From Lama guanicoe (lineage: Eukaryota): a stretch of DNA of 64,000 nt. The translations under genes and the position numbers were made by a program. Position 1 is the stretch's first letter, and each line of letters opens with the position of its first letter. Below the pieces are notes generated by a model that ran no database searches, was not told the origin of the DNA, and saw only the letters and a list, made by a program, of their open reading frames with translations. Positions 41,021 to 53,530 of this stretch are shown piece by piece. Location of the stretch: contig MU054541.1 in NCBI GenBank assembly GCA_013239625.1, forward strand, positions 14,985,530 to 15,049,529. Direction: 5' to 3'.

Positions 41021-41639
41021 TGCATTACTGGCCCTGAGGCTAAAGTCCAGGGCTTTACCCTGTAACCAGCCACTCCGGTGTCCTTATCCCCTGCGCTGTG
41101 GAACCCATACTGGGTGCAGTGGAGGAAATGGTTTATCTAACTCACTCTTTGGTAGTAAAAAAAAAAAAAATTCCTGATTTGGGGTAGGAGCTGAAAAGGG
41201 GAACGTGTTCTGTCAGAAACAGAGTCCTCATGATATTTCCTGTTTCATACCCTGAAAACCTGCCCACCCCCGTGCTCTGCAGTGGCTCCAGAAGATGCCT
41301 GCGTACCCACATCACATCCCAAACAGTGAGGACTCTGTAAGCACCAAGTAACAGACGCACCTCGCCGTCTGTGCAGGGCACATAATCATAAAGTGGCTCT
41401 CAGTTCGCCTGGCTCTGTCAGGTCAAGAGGCAGCAGCTGGCAGAGTGTCTCTTCACTAGAGATGACAGAGAGGAAGGGGGAAAGCACTCCTTTCTACTGA
41501 GAGGAAGCAGCTGATGGGAGCAAGTCCAAAAATGAATGGACACTCTCCTTCCCAGCAGTGAAGTAGGGCAGGAGAGAGGAGAGAGAGCGGAGGTGGGAAA
41601 CAGCTTCTTGGAGAACACAGGACGCCTCTGTGCATTTTT

Positions 41640-43265
41640 TTTATTTAAAAATATTATGTATTTTTGAAAATTTTAAAACATAACATAAAATTTACCATTT
41701 TTGCCATGTTAAGTGTACAGTCCAGTGACAGTAAGTACATTCACATTGCTGTGAGCTCTCACCTCCATCCAGCTCCAGAATGTTTTTTCACCCTGCAAAA
41801 CTGAATGTTCTAAAGTTACAACACTACGATTTGAATTTATGCCAGCTTAACTTCAAGAGCATACAAAGATTCGGTCCCTTAAAGCGCCCTCACTACCTCC
41901 TTTGAATGATTTTTATTTAGTTAGTTATTTTTATTGAAGTCTAGTTGGTGTACAACGTTCTGTTAGTTTCTGGTGTGCGGCACAGTGATTCAGTTATACA
42001 TGTATCTATATTCCTTTCCATGTTCTTTTTCGTGACAGGCTGCTGCAAGGCATTGAATGCAGTTCCCTGCGCTCTACAGCAGGATCTATTTTATATATAG
42101 TAATGTGTATCTGCTAATCCCAAACTCCTAATTTATCCCTCCCCAACACCTCTTCCCCTTTGGTAACCATGGTTTGTTTTCTATGTCTGTGAGTCTATTT
42201 TCAGTTTGTAAATAAGTCCATTTATATCATTTTTTAAAAGATTTTCCACATATATAAGTGATGTTCTATGATATTTGTCTTTCTCTGACTTACTTCACTT
42301 AATTTGATCATCCCTAGGCCCATTCCTTTCCATTATTAATGCCACAAAATTACATTTTATGCACAGGGGACAAAAATATAGAATAATAATTGTTTTTATA
42401 CATTAGTCTCAAATTATGTAGAAAACAAAAAGTGGAATTACAAACCAGAGTTACAGGGGTACTATTTTATAACTGTCCACATATTTACCTTTTCCAGAGT
42501 TCTTTATTTCTTCCTGTGGCTTCAAGTTGCCGTCTGGTGTCCTCACATTTCCACCTGGAGGACTCCCTGCAGAATTTCTTCCAGGGCAGAGCTAGTGCAA
42601 ACAAAATCCCTCAGCTTTTGTTTATCTGGTAAGGTCTTGATTCTTCCTCAGTTTTGCAGGACAGTTATGCCAATAGGATTCTTGGTTGACAGGTTTGGTT
42701 TTTTTATTTTCCTTCTGTGCTCTGAATATATCAAACCACTGCCTTCTTGCCACCAAGATTTCTGATTTAAAATCTGTGTGTAATCTTATTGGTGACCCCT
42801 CTTATGTGTGATGAGACACTTTTTTTCTTGGCCTTTTTCAATGTTCTCTCTTTGTCTTTGACACTTTGATTCTAATGTGTTTTAGTGTGGGTGTCTTTTG
42901 AATTTTCCTTACTTGGAGATCATCAAGCTTTTTGGATGATTATTTTCATGTGTTTTATTATTTCTTCAAATAATCTCTCCATGCCTTTCTCTCTCTCTTC
43001 TCCTTCTGGGACTCCCACAATGTGTATATTGTCCACTTGTTGATGTCCCACACGTCCCTTAGGCTCTGTTCACTTTTCATTGGTGCTTTTTTGTTTAAAA
43101 ATTTTTATTGAGGTAGCATTGATTTTCATAAACGTGTCCAAAATGTTTTCTTTAAAAAAGTGGGAAAGTGAAATTTACATTAAATTTACCATCTTAACCC
43201 ATTTTAAGTGTGCAGTTTAGTGGCATTAAGTATATTCACACTGTTGGGCAACCATCACCACTGTC
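41640..43265 (-). mobile_element. Cluster of antisense L1 fragments (young 3' end ~41930-42320 inside older L1M pieces)
   Basis: ttttattgaagtctagttgg...; ctctcttctccttctgggactccc (ORF1 region, antisense); aaatttaccatcttaacccattttaagtgtgcag. Confidence 0.75.
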
Positions 43266-45914
43266 CACAGGAGAGGCAGAGAAGAGCCAAGAGAAGCGGG
43301 GACCAGGGGCCTGTGGGCTGGGTATCCCATGGTTGAGCAAATCAGAGGTAAGGTCTTTGGGAGGCTCTGATGAGAGCTATGGGGTTTGAGGGGAGAGATG
43401 AAAAAATATAATGTCTCTGTATTGAAATATAATCTGTTTACATTATTGTGTCAGTTTCTTGTGTACAGTCTGATAGTTCACTCCTACATCTACATACATA
43501 TGTTTGTTTTGATATTCTTTTTCATTATAGGTTACAAGACACTATGGTTCCCTGTGTAATCTTTTATAGATGGCTTACTGTGTTTTAAGAAAAAAAGAGC
43601 GTCCTCTTTAAATTGCCCTCCAGGTTTGGACTGCTTTCAGCCCTACTTTTATGTCAGACTGTTACTTCTTGGAAGATGCCACCATGCCAGGCCTGGGCCA
43701 CAGTGGGGTCCGTGTTTGTATGGCTTGCACTGAGTTGTTCAGTGATGATCTTGCTGCTGTCTGATTTTTATAGAAAAGCAGAAAAAGCGTTCCTGGCTCT
43801 CATGTTCTGGGAGAGGGAGAAGTCTGGGTGTGGCTCCTGAGGCCAGGGATGCTGTGATCTCATCTTCCCCACCTCCCGACTCCGACCTCAGGCTTTCTCA
43901 GAGGTAAATCAGGACTTCCTTCTGAGGAACCGTCTACACAGTGCCAAAAAAAACAGCAGAGGAAAAGTAAACAGTCAACAGAGGGCGGTTTGGTCCGCAG
44001 ACTGCAGACCGACCAGAGGGATGGTTTGGCCCCGCTCTCTGCGTTATTCCCCAGTTTTCTCTTCCCTCGGTTGACTTAACTGGGTGACTGTTTCGGACCT
44101 AAGCCGGAGCCCCGAGGCTCTGCAGCTTTTTCCCAGCTAGGGCGATTAGGGCTTCTTTGTTTTGGAAAGCAAGCATGTCACGCCAAATGTCACCTAGTCC
44201 TGGCAAAGGGGACGACGAATTGATGACTCCAGGGCAGGAAGCCCGTGCAGGAGACGAGCAAAGGAAAAGAAAAATGTGCTGCCGGGGAAATGGCGAGGCC
44301 GGCGGCCCCCTCTGGGCACCTCTGATGGAAAGCCTCTGCGGAGGGAGAGACGCGCCCCTGCAGCAGTGCAAAATCATAAGAGTGGCCGCTCGCTATTTTT
44401 TATTCTTAACTCTGAGGGGGGCCTGCAGACCGGGTCCCCAGAGCTCCTGGGCTGAGCTGCTGACGCAGGAGGGGGAGACACCCCCATCCCCACCCCGGGC
44501 TGCAACCTGGCTCCTTAATTGGTTTGAAAAATGGCAGCTGGATCCCAGCAGCTGCTGCTCTCGGTCTGGCTCAGGAGCAGGGAGGAGGATGACAGCTTGG
44601 CTGGCCAGAGCCCTCGGGTTACTCTCGCATCGCCTTTCTGTTCCCTCCCCCTCGAGTTTGTTTCTGGGACCCCCTCCCCCAAACCTTCCGCAAAGCCTGG
44701 TCATGTGACAGAGCCTCGTCTCATCCTCCCTGCTGACATTTCTGGAGGCAGCACTCCCTGCCTGTGCCTGGGTTGGGGGGGGGGGTTCCTCAGGGAGAGA
44801 CGCCTCTTCCTGCCCCCACCCCGTGCCCCCCCAGGCGGCCCTCTTCCACTGTTCCCTCTGATGGAAAGCGTGTGTCTTACTTTCTCCGGAGCATTTGTCA
44901 GTCTGTTCTTTAAGGGCTCCCTTTCTGCCTCGGTGTTTGTTGAGTATGCTGATGGCCAGGCTGACGCCAGGCGTCTTGCGGGAGGAAGCAGGGACCCTGG
45001 GGCCACTCACTGCGGGAGCAACTTCCTGACTCCGGCTGCACGAAGTAAGAGCTGGGCTTGCCTTAGCCTGGGTTTCCTCGTCTGTGAAGTGAAGAAGGTT
45101 GGATTTAATCTGTTTGTTCTCAAACTCCTTTTTTCTTCCAGCGTTTTTTTTTCCAAGCAAAAACTGGCAGGAAACACACCCTACAGAGCCCTGTCCACTC
45201 AGCTTCACACCTCCATCCCCAGCTGACCCCCTCTCCCTGAGGGCTCTGCAGAGCACAGCTCAGAAATCACCAGATTGGACTCTCCTCGAGGCTCCTTTCA
45301 GCTCAAACAGTCTGGGGTCTTCTGGCTGGGCTTTTCAGGAGGGACCCCAGGAGAGGAGAGAGGCTCTACCCTGGGACAGCCTCACCCCTCCAGGTTGTCT
45401 GAGGGCTTGGGGCAGAGCGTTAGGGACAAATAGACGCACCAGTGGCGACTTGGTGGCCCAGAACCTGTAACCTCACTTTACCTAAAATTGAGTTGAGAAA
45501 ACAGATGGGCTTTTGCAGCCACACCGGCCCACGCTGGGCCATGCAGTCAAAGAGCTAGGCCGTGTTGAGGGCTTCGCATTTTTTTCTCCAGTGGGATAGA
45601 AAGTTATTAAAAGACTGCAAATGCATGATCTGGTTTACACACTTAAAAGATTTACGTGTTTAAGAGACTCTAGCATTAGGTTGGAGAGTGGATTGAGCAG
45701 ATAAGCCTGATGGCAGGGAAAACTACAAATTTCTTAGTTTATTCACTAGTTTATGTATTGAGAGGTGACAGGATACCCAGAAGTGAAACCTTGTGTTCAC
45801 ACAAAAACCTGCTCAGGAATGTCCACAGCAGCACTCTTCATAGCAGCCAAAAAGTGGAAACAACACGAATGTCCACCAACAGACCAATGGATATAGGAAA
45901 TATGGGACAATCCA

Positions 45915-47765
45915 TGTGGTAAAAAGTAATCCTTAGAAACTGCAGTTATTAGAATCGGGAGACCAGCAGGGGGAGCTCTCACCCAGCCCAGCCCAACAGG
46001 AAGAAGAAAGCCTTGTCTTCTTTTCCGCAAGGACTCAGCCAATGAAAAGCCAAGGGCTGTCTGCTGAGCCCGCCCACCGTCCTCTCCCCTCTATAAAAAG
46101 CTTCTCCTGGCCTAGGGGCCGGGACTTGCCCGTGGCCCGCAGTGACCGAGAGTCTCTGCGGAGAAGCACCTGGCAGTCTTTTTGCTTTCGGTCAACGTGT
46201 TGGTGGCCCATCCGGGGACCAGAGAAGACCCCCAACGGCTCCGGGCTGGTGAGCGAACAGGCGGCACCCACACTGAGCTCATGGCGCTCCCTGCTTTTCC
46301 TGCCGACCCTGGGCTTTGAAGGTACGTCTTCCTCCTGGGCCGCAGCTTCTTTGTGTTTTGAAAGTCTCCAGGCTTCATTCAGGAGGTATTTTAGAGTTTT
46401 GTTCTTTCTGGTGAAGGCCTTGTTCTGTGCGCGGGTGCTTGTTTGGCACTTCGGTCTGATTTGAAGTCGAGCTGTTCCGGTGGGCGCTGGCTCACCGCTG
46501 GGCTGTGCTTTGGAACAGGGTCTGTTCTAGGGATCCAGGCTGAGCAGCCTTCGCCTGGCTCCTCTGGGACCAGCCTGTCCCCTTAGAACTGGCTGACACT
46601 AAGCCTGCAGGCTGTTCGGGCTGTTTGAGCTGACTCCCCCCCCCAACACAAAACCCAAGCAAACAGACAAAATACCTCTGAGAAACGTGCTCCCCGTTAA
46701 ACATTTTGAGGTGCCCCTTCTTCCTTCCCTTCACACACTCTCAGCTTCCCCCACACTCGTTCTCTTGCCAACTTTTCTTTTTATCTGAAACTCCACACTC
46801 CCTTTCCCTCTAAACTTTTCAGAACCTGCCCCTTTAAAATTAAACTTCTGAGAATCCAGAGGCCAAACCTTTAATTTCTTAAACGCCCTGGACTAAAGCC
46901 GAACTGTGAGCCACAGTCAAAGTTTTTCCCAAAGTAACTGAAGCTCCTCACAACTTTGCTGAGGAATTTAACACAGTCATTGAAACCTCTCAACTGGGTT
47001 CCTGCGCTTCTATCAGCTAGTTCATATGCTTGTCAGTGAAGCCAGGCCCGGCATTGGATGAAAACCACTAACTGGGGAAATCCCTGACAGGTCGCCAGAA
47101 TTCCAGCCAGGAGACCAGCCTGCTAACTTACTGTGTGGTCAGCCTCAGACAGTCACTCAGCGGCTGCGTCAGGCAGTTCCCAGGGCTTTCCCAGACCCTG
47201 TCGGGTGGAACACAGTTCAGGCTCGTACAGAACAATCTGATGAACCAGTTCGTGACTGTTGTGATAACTTCCAGTTACTTTAAAAGAAAAGTCTGGTCCT
47301 TAGAGGCTGATTCCATCTGGGTTGCTTTTAACTCTGTTTATTAATGGCCAGGATCTTTTCCTTCTAGTAAATAAGGACCAGCATGGAATGGGAAACTGCA
47401 TCCACCCAGATTTAGTTAATCTGGCAAACGAGCTCTCCCCCAGTCTAATGAGTCGCCTTAAAGGAAGACCGCCAAAACTCTTAATCTACAACGCCAGCAA
47501 AGACCCCTAATGGAACCCAAACCTTCCTAGTCTCTGCTGTTATTGCAAAGAGCAGGAGATTGGGGAACAATTGTAATGAATTCAAGTGCTTTAGGTGACT
47601 TCAGCCCGCTAACCAGCCTTTCCCAGGTCCTCTCCATCTTCAGTGACGGGGCTCAGAGGAACCACGGGGCTCTTCCCAATCCTCCCTCTTAACTGGCTTG
47701 GAGAAACATTTCTCCAGACAGGGGTAAATCTCTCCCAGTCCTGACACTGGAGCCACAGTCTCAGG
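45915..47765 (+). mobile_element. Degenerate class I endogenous retrovirus: 5' LTR, tRNA-Ile PBS, gag and protease remnants
   Basis: LTR from TG at 45915 with CCAAT (46039) and TATAAAA (46092). PBS tggtggcccatccgggga at 46201-46218. Gag-like PWTKAEL*ATVKVFPKVTEAPHNFAEEFN...YQLVHMLV from 46886. Aspartic-protease DTGATVS at 47743-47763. Confidence 0.8.
46201..46218 (+). other. Retroviral primer-binding site, tRNA-Ile type
   Basis: 16/18 match to TGGTGGCCCGTACGGGGA, the complement of the tRNA-Ile(AAT) 3' end, directly after the LTR end. Confidence 0.75.
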
Positions 47766-48224
47766 GCTCAGCCTCCCTGCTACAAAGCAGAAAAGAAAAA
47801 GAATAGAGTTTGCTGACAGGTTGACTCTTGGGCATGAGAGACAGAGGAGAGGAGGCTGGTTCTTAGGACCCCAGAAGGGTTAGCCTGTGTGGACAGGATT
47901 TCCATTGAGCAAGGCGAGTATAGAGAATAAGAAGCAGATTGAATGGGAGCTGTCTGGTGGAAGAGGGTGCATGTGCAGAAAGGACCCACTGGACGTGCTG
48001 CCTTGAGGTGGGACTTCTGAGTCAGGGGCCATTGGGCAGGGACAGCATCCGCCCTGAGATGTAGATCTGGGTGCTGGTAGCAGGTGAGTGGAACTGAAGC
48101 CAGGGAGTCATGGAACTCACCTGGACCGCCATCTGTTTGGTCCTCTGTGTCTTAGGCACAGGTGTGTGGACCTGTGTCCCCAGGATGTGTAAAAGTGGGC
48201 CTGCCCTAGCCCAGAAATGCTGCT

Positions 48225-48428
48225 GTGGGAGCGGCTCTCCCCAGGGAGTGTTTGGTAGCGTGTAGAGACGCTTTTGTTGTTGCAGATTGGGGGAGGGGGT
48301 GCTACTGTCTTCCAGTGAGCAGAGGCCAGGGATGCTGCAAGCATCCTACAGGGCATGGGGTGGTACCCACAGCAAAGAAGGATCCAGCTGCCCCAAATCT
48401 CAGTAGTGCTGAGGCTGAGAAGCCTGAC
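48225..48428. mobile_element. MER20-like element
   Basis: gggtgctactgtcttccagtgagcagaggccagggatgctgcaagcatcctacagggca...ccccaaatctcagtagtgctgaggctgagaagcctg. Confidence 0.8.
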
Positions 48429-48444
48429 CTAGAGCGGCTTACAG

Positions 48445-48590
48445 TATGTGTATAATATACGTGACTTATACTTGTGTAATATATAATCTATACAATATGT
48501 AATATGAATATATAATAATACAATGTATAATTACATACAATATTATAATGTATAATACTATATAATAGAATGTATCTTTTATATATATGT
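48445..48590. repeat. AT-rich degenerate (TA/TAA) low-complexity tract
   Basis: tataatctatacaatatgtaatatgaatatatataataata... Confidence 0.75.
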
Positions 48591-49309
48591 GACTTAGAGT
48601 TGACTCCAGAAATGTGAAGCTCTGTCACTGCATGCTCCTGGATTCCTGAAGCAGAAGTGGCTTTTGGATAAGTGCCATGGCTCATCTTCAGGGCAGTTTC
48701 ATCATTTGGTTCTCTTTGTTGCTAGAAAAAAGCCAGCTGTGGTTATAATTTCCTGCTGTTTACATCCTATTCAATTTTATATGAGCTAGGCAGAGCCCAA
48801 ATGACATTAAACGATCAAGTGAAAAATATCAGTTGCAAAAATTTTTTATTATATTGATCAATCAAAATAATCTTAAGTGAAAAAGATACGTTCTCTCTTT
48901 ACTCACTGATAATTGTGGCTTTTCCCCCTACTGGTATATACACGCATAGGTTTGTATATACTTTCAAATGGGCTATAATTTGTCACTCCAACTCGACTGT
49001 AAACGTGCTATTATTTATAAATGTTGTTAGATAACAGTCACCAGACAATATTACTCAAGTGTTTAATCCTTTGAATCAAGAATTTCACGTGTATTCATGA
49101 GCCATGAACAAGCGGTCTTGTAAGATGGTATTCCTGTTTCATGGTGACGAAAAGCAAGACAGGAGGAGGCATCGTGGTTTCCTCCAAGCTGTAAGGAGGA
49201 TCAGGTTCCAAATCTTCAAATAGTTCTGTCCCTTGGATCTTTGTATGCAAAATAACTTAGAAAATAATTACTCATTAGTTTAAACAGCTAAACTTTTTAT
49301 TTGCTCTGC

Positions 49310-50070
49310 TTTTTATTTTTTTAATTGACGTATAGTCAGTTACAATGTGTCGATTTCCAGTGTCCCACTCATGTACCTACATACATATTCATTTTTATAT
49401 TATTTTGCATTAAAGGTTATTAGAAGATATTGAATATAGCTCCCCATGCTCTACAGAAGAAATTTGTTTCTTATCTATTTTTATACGTAGTGGCTAACAT
49501 TTGCAAATCTCAAACTCACAAATTTATCCTTTCCCACCCCACCTCCCCCTGGCGACCACAAGTCTGTATTCTATGTCTGTGAGTCTGTTTCTGTTTTATA
49601 GATGTTCATTTGTCTTGTCTTTTTTTTTTAGATTCCACATATGAGTGATATAATATGATATTTTTCTTTCTCCTTCTGGATTACTTCACTTAGAATGACG
49701 TTCTCCAGGGCCATCCATGTTGCTGCCAATGGCATTATTTTATAATTTTATGGCTGAGTAGTATTCCAGTGTATAAATATACCACAGCTTCTTTATCCAG
49801 TCAGCTGTCGATGGACATTTAGGTTGTTTCCATGTCTTGGCTATTGTAAATAGTGCTGCTATGAACATTGGGGTGCAGGTGTCTTTTTGAATTAGGATTC
49901 CCTCTGGATATATGCCCAGAAGTGGGATTACTGGGTCATATGTAAGTCTGTTTTCAGTCTTTTGAGGAATCTCCATACTGTTGTCCACAATGGCTGCACC
50001 AAACTGCATTCCCCCTAACAGTGTCGAAGGGTTCCCTTTTCTCCACAGACTCTCCAGCACTTATTTGTGG
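49310..50070 (-). mobile_element. L1 3' end with recognisable ORF2 C-terminus
   Basis: ORF 49740-50060(-) reads YDPVIPLLGIYP...CTPMFIAALFTIAKTWKQPKCPS...WIKKLWYIYTLEYYSAIK. Confidence 0.95.
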
Positions 50071-50089
50071 ACTAAAAAAGCCAATCTTG

Positions 50090-50940
50090 AAGCCGATCTT
50101 ATCAACAAAAATCAATTCCAGAAAGAATATAGCTTGAAATATGAATGTTAAAAAATAAACTTTTATAAGATAGTATCAATCATTTTTATGATCTTGAAGT
50201 AGGGGAACAATTCTTAGGTCGCAAAAACCAGCAGCTATCTGGGAAGAGAATGGGAAATTAGACTACATTCAAATTAAGAATTTGTCTTATTAAAAGATAC
50301 CATTAAGAGAGTGAGGAGGCAGTCACCAAGTGGGAGTGTATAGAGGCAACACATGTAACTGACAAAAGACTCCCGTCCAGAATATGTAACGAATGCTCGT
50401 AAATCAATAAGTAAAAGAAAAATGGATGAACAACAAGGTCCTGCTGTGTAGCTCAGGGAACTATATTCAATACCTTGTAATGGCCTATAATGGAAAAGAA
50501 TATGAAAGAAATATATATGTGTAAATGAATCACTATGCATCAGAAACTAACATGGCTTTGTAAATCTACTAATACTTCAAATTTAAAAATTGGAAAATGG
50601 GTAGAAGACCTGACCGTGTCACTTACAAAAGAAGCTATCCGAACGGTCTTCAGCTTCCTTGATCACCATGCAAATTCAAATTAAACTCACACTGAGATTT
50701 TATACGCATCTTCCAGAATAGCTACCATTAGACTGGCAATGGCGAGTGTCGGTGAGACTGTGGAGTGACGGGAGTCTCCCTGACAGCTGGAGGGGTCTGC
50801 TGTGCGTGGCACCCTACAGCAGATTTAAAAGTCAGTGCCTCCCAGGACCAGGTGCTCCCTTCCTGGGGTAACAGAAATGCAGCACATGTCCCTCGGAAGA
50901 CACGTGTAAGAATGTAGCAGCAACATTTGCCGTAGAAAAA
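50090..50940 (+). mobile_element. Old L1 ORF2 remnant with a younger L1 tail inserted (~50420-50590)
   Basis: aagataccattaagagagtg...actgacaaaagactc...ccagaatatgt; aacaacaaggtcctgctgtgtagctcagggaactatattcaa. Confidence 0.65.
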
Positions 50941-50954
50941 AACAAACAACGAAA

Positions 50955-52770
50955 TGAGACTTCTGGTTTCCAGGCTGAACTGTCACTCTTGTCCTCCTAA
51001 CAAGGAAAGGAGCCAAACAAGCTGAAAACCAATCGTTTTTCTTAGATTCCTCAGAGAACTGAAGTTCAGGGCAAACCACTCCCTCTAAAATTGGAGAGAC
51101 AGGTGACTACCAGGAATCACAGCTTCCCTGGAGCAGAAGCCACCACCGGAGGCAGTCCTGGGGGAGAAAATTTGAGCTAGCAAATTGCTGGAGGCTCAGT
51201 GTGCACAAGCTTGCGTAGGAGAAATTGAGGAGGGCCCAGTCTTACCTTAGGGGCGTCACACTTCTGTGAGCCAGCCTCTGGGAGCTCCACTGGGTACACA
51301 GGGTTCATGTGGGAGGAAAACTCTCCTGCTTTCCACAGGCAAGGGGAGAAGTAGCCCCTCTGAAATATGCCCAGAGCATCCTGTTCTTAACAAAAGCCTG
51401 TCCTCCAGGAAACTGCTTCACCAGAGCCTAACCCCTTTGGGATTTACCAAACCTCACGGCCCTGAGGGGTGGGAAATACCCAACTCCTGCCCCCTCTAGC
51501 CCTCCTGTGTCAGCTAAGTGGGGACAGGGAGTGAGGTGGTTGTTTGAGAGACACTTGTGAAGGTCACAGTCCCAGGCACCTGCTCATTAAAAAATAGGTC
51601 TTGTAGACACCTCATTACCACACAGAAGGGCTCCTGTACCATAAGATAAGGTCACAACAGAAGGAAACGCAAGCCTCAGGCCGTCTTGAAGAGGACTCCA
51701 GGAAAACCCAGAGAGCACAGGGGAGGGAAAATACAAGGACGCAGAGGAGATTTTTGCCTCTAACACCCACTGCAACAGTGGAGCAAACACCTCCCAACTC
51801 CTAGCCAGATAAGCAGAACCTCACACTGAAAGCACATTCACTTCTACCCAGAACATCATGTCCATCTTTCAACAAAAAGTTACAAAGCATGCGACAAGGC
51901 AGAAGCACACAACTTGAAGAGACAAGGCAAGCATCAGAACAACACTCGAATGTGGCAGAAATTTTGGAATTATGGTACCAGGAATTTAAAGTGCCTAGGA
52001 TTAATATGCTAATGGCTTTAATGGAAAAGGTGGATAACATAAAAGAGCAGATGGGTAATGTAAGTATAGCTAAGAACGAATCCAAAGGAAATGCTAGAAA
52101 TCAAAAACAGTGTAACAGAAATGAAGAATGCCTTTGATGGATTCATCATAGCCTAAATGGCTGAGGAGAGAATCAGTGAGCCTGAAGAAATGTCAACAGC
52201 AAAGTCACAAATTGAAAATCAAAGAGAAAGAAGAATGAAAGAAACAGAACAGACTATCTGTGAATTGTGAGGCAATTTAAAAAGGTGTAACATATACATG
52301 ATGGGAGTACCAGAAGGAGAAGAAAGAAATTAAAGGAACAGAAGAAATATTTGAGGTAATAATGGCTGAGAATTTCCGAAAATTAATGATAAACACCAAA
52401 CCACAAATCCAGGAAGCTCAGAGAACACTATGCAGGCAAATACCAAAAGAATCTACCATAATACGTATCATATTGTAATGACAGAAAAGCCAAAGACAGA
52501 GAAAATTCTGAAGAAAGTCAGAGGAGAAAAAAATACCTTAGCTGTGGAGGGACAAGGATAGAACCCCATCTGATTTCTTAGTAATCACCCGAGCCAGAAA
52601 GAAAAGCTCACCAACCTAGAATTCTGTATCCAGTGAAAGTACTCTTTAAAAGTGAAAGAGAAATAGACTGTTAGACAAAAATTGAGGGAGGGGGTTTGTC
52701 AGCAGCAGAATTGCCCGGATGGAAGTGTTAAAAGCTCTTAAGAGAAGATGATGCAGGTCAGACTGGGATC
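50955..52770 (+). mobile_element. Old L1M 5'UTR plus ORF1 remnant
   Basis: gagacttctggtttcc start; ORF1-like IMAENF.KLM..TKPQIQEAQRT at ~52360-52430; caacctagaattctgtatccagtgaaa. Confidence 0.75.
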
Positions 52771-53044
52771 TACATGAAGACTGGAGGCATGTGGGAGGAG
52801 GAGTAGATGGAGGGGCTTCCCCGCTCCCTCCCCTGAGGGCTGTCACCACGCCCAGCACCCATGCCCCCACCCACACTGAACAGCAGACACGAAGAACTGT
52901 GTTGCTGGCTCAGAAAAGGAAAAGTCGCTTTCTCAGCCCCCAGCTGCAGCCTCTGCGTTGAAAGGTAACTGGGACGGACAGGGCAGTTCTCTGGCTCCTG
53001 GAAGGGAGGAATCTCCTCCAAAGACTCTGGGAAAAACTGCAAAT

Positions 53045-53530
53045 AAGAAATGAAAATACAGCCATGAAAAACAACAACATAACGCCATTTGCAGCAATAT
53101 GGAAGTCCCTGGAGAATGTCATTCTAAGTGAAGTAAGCCAGGAAGAGAAAGAAAAATACCATATGAGATCGCTCATATGTGGAATCAAAAAAAAGAAAAA
53201 ATGAACATAAATACAAAACAGAAACAGACTCATAGACATAGAATACAAACTTGTGGTTGCTAAGAGGGGAGGCGGGTGGGAAGGGACAGACTGGGAGTTC
53301 AAAATTTGTAGATACTGACAGGTATACATAGAACAGATAAGCAAGATTATACTGTACAGCACAGGGAAATATATACACGATCTTGTGGTAGCTCACAGTG
53401 AAAAAATATGCAACAATGAACATATGTATGTTTGTGTATAACTGAAAAATTGTGTTCTACAACTGGAAACTGACACAACATTGTAAACTGACTATAACTC
53501 AAAAAAAAAAACATGAAGAAATGAAAATAC
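53045..53530 (+). mobile_element. Young 5'-truncated L1 with perfect 15-bp TSD
   Basis: AAGAAATGAAAATAC at 53045-53059 and 53516-53530 flanks L1 3' sequence ending in poly-A. Confidence 0.92.

Noticed and set aside
44157-45256. Overlapping 183-287 aa ORFs on both strands
   Set aside because: No domain or splice support, GC-rich sequence, and part of one frame reads through a MIR fragment (HFTDEETQA).
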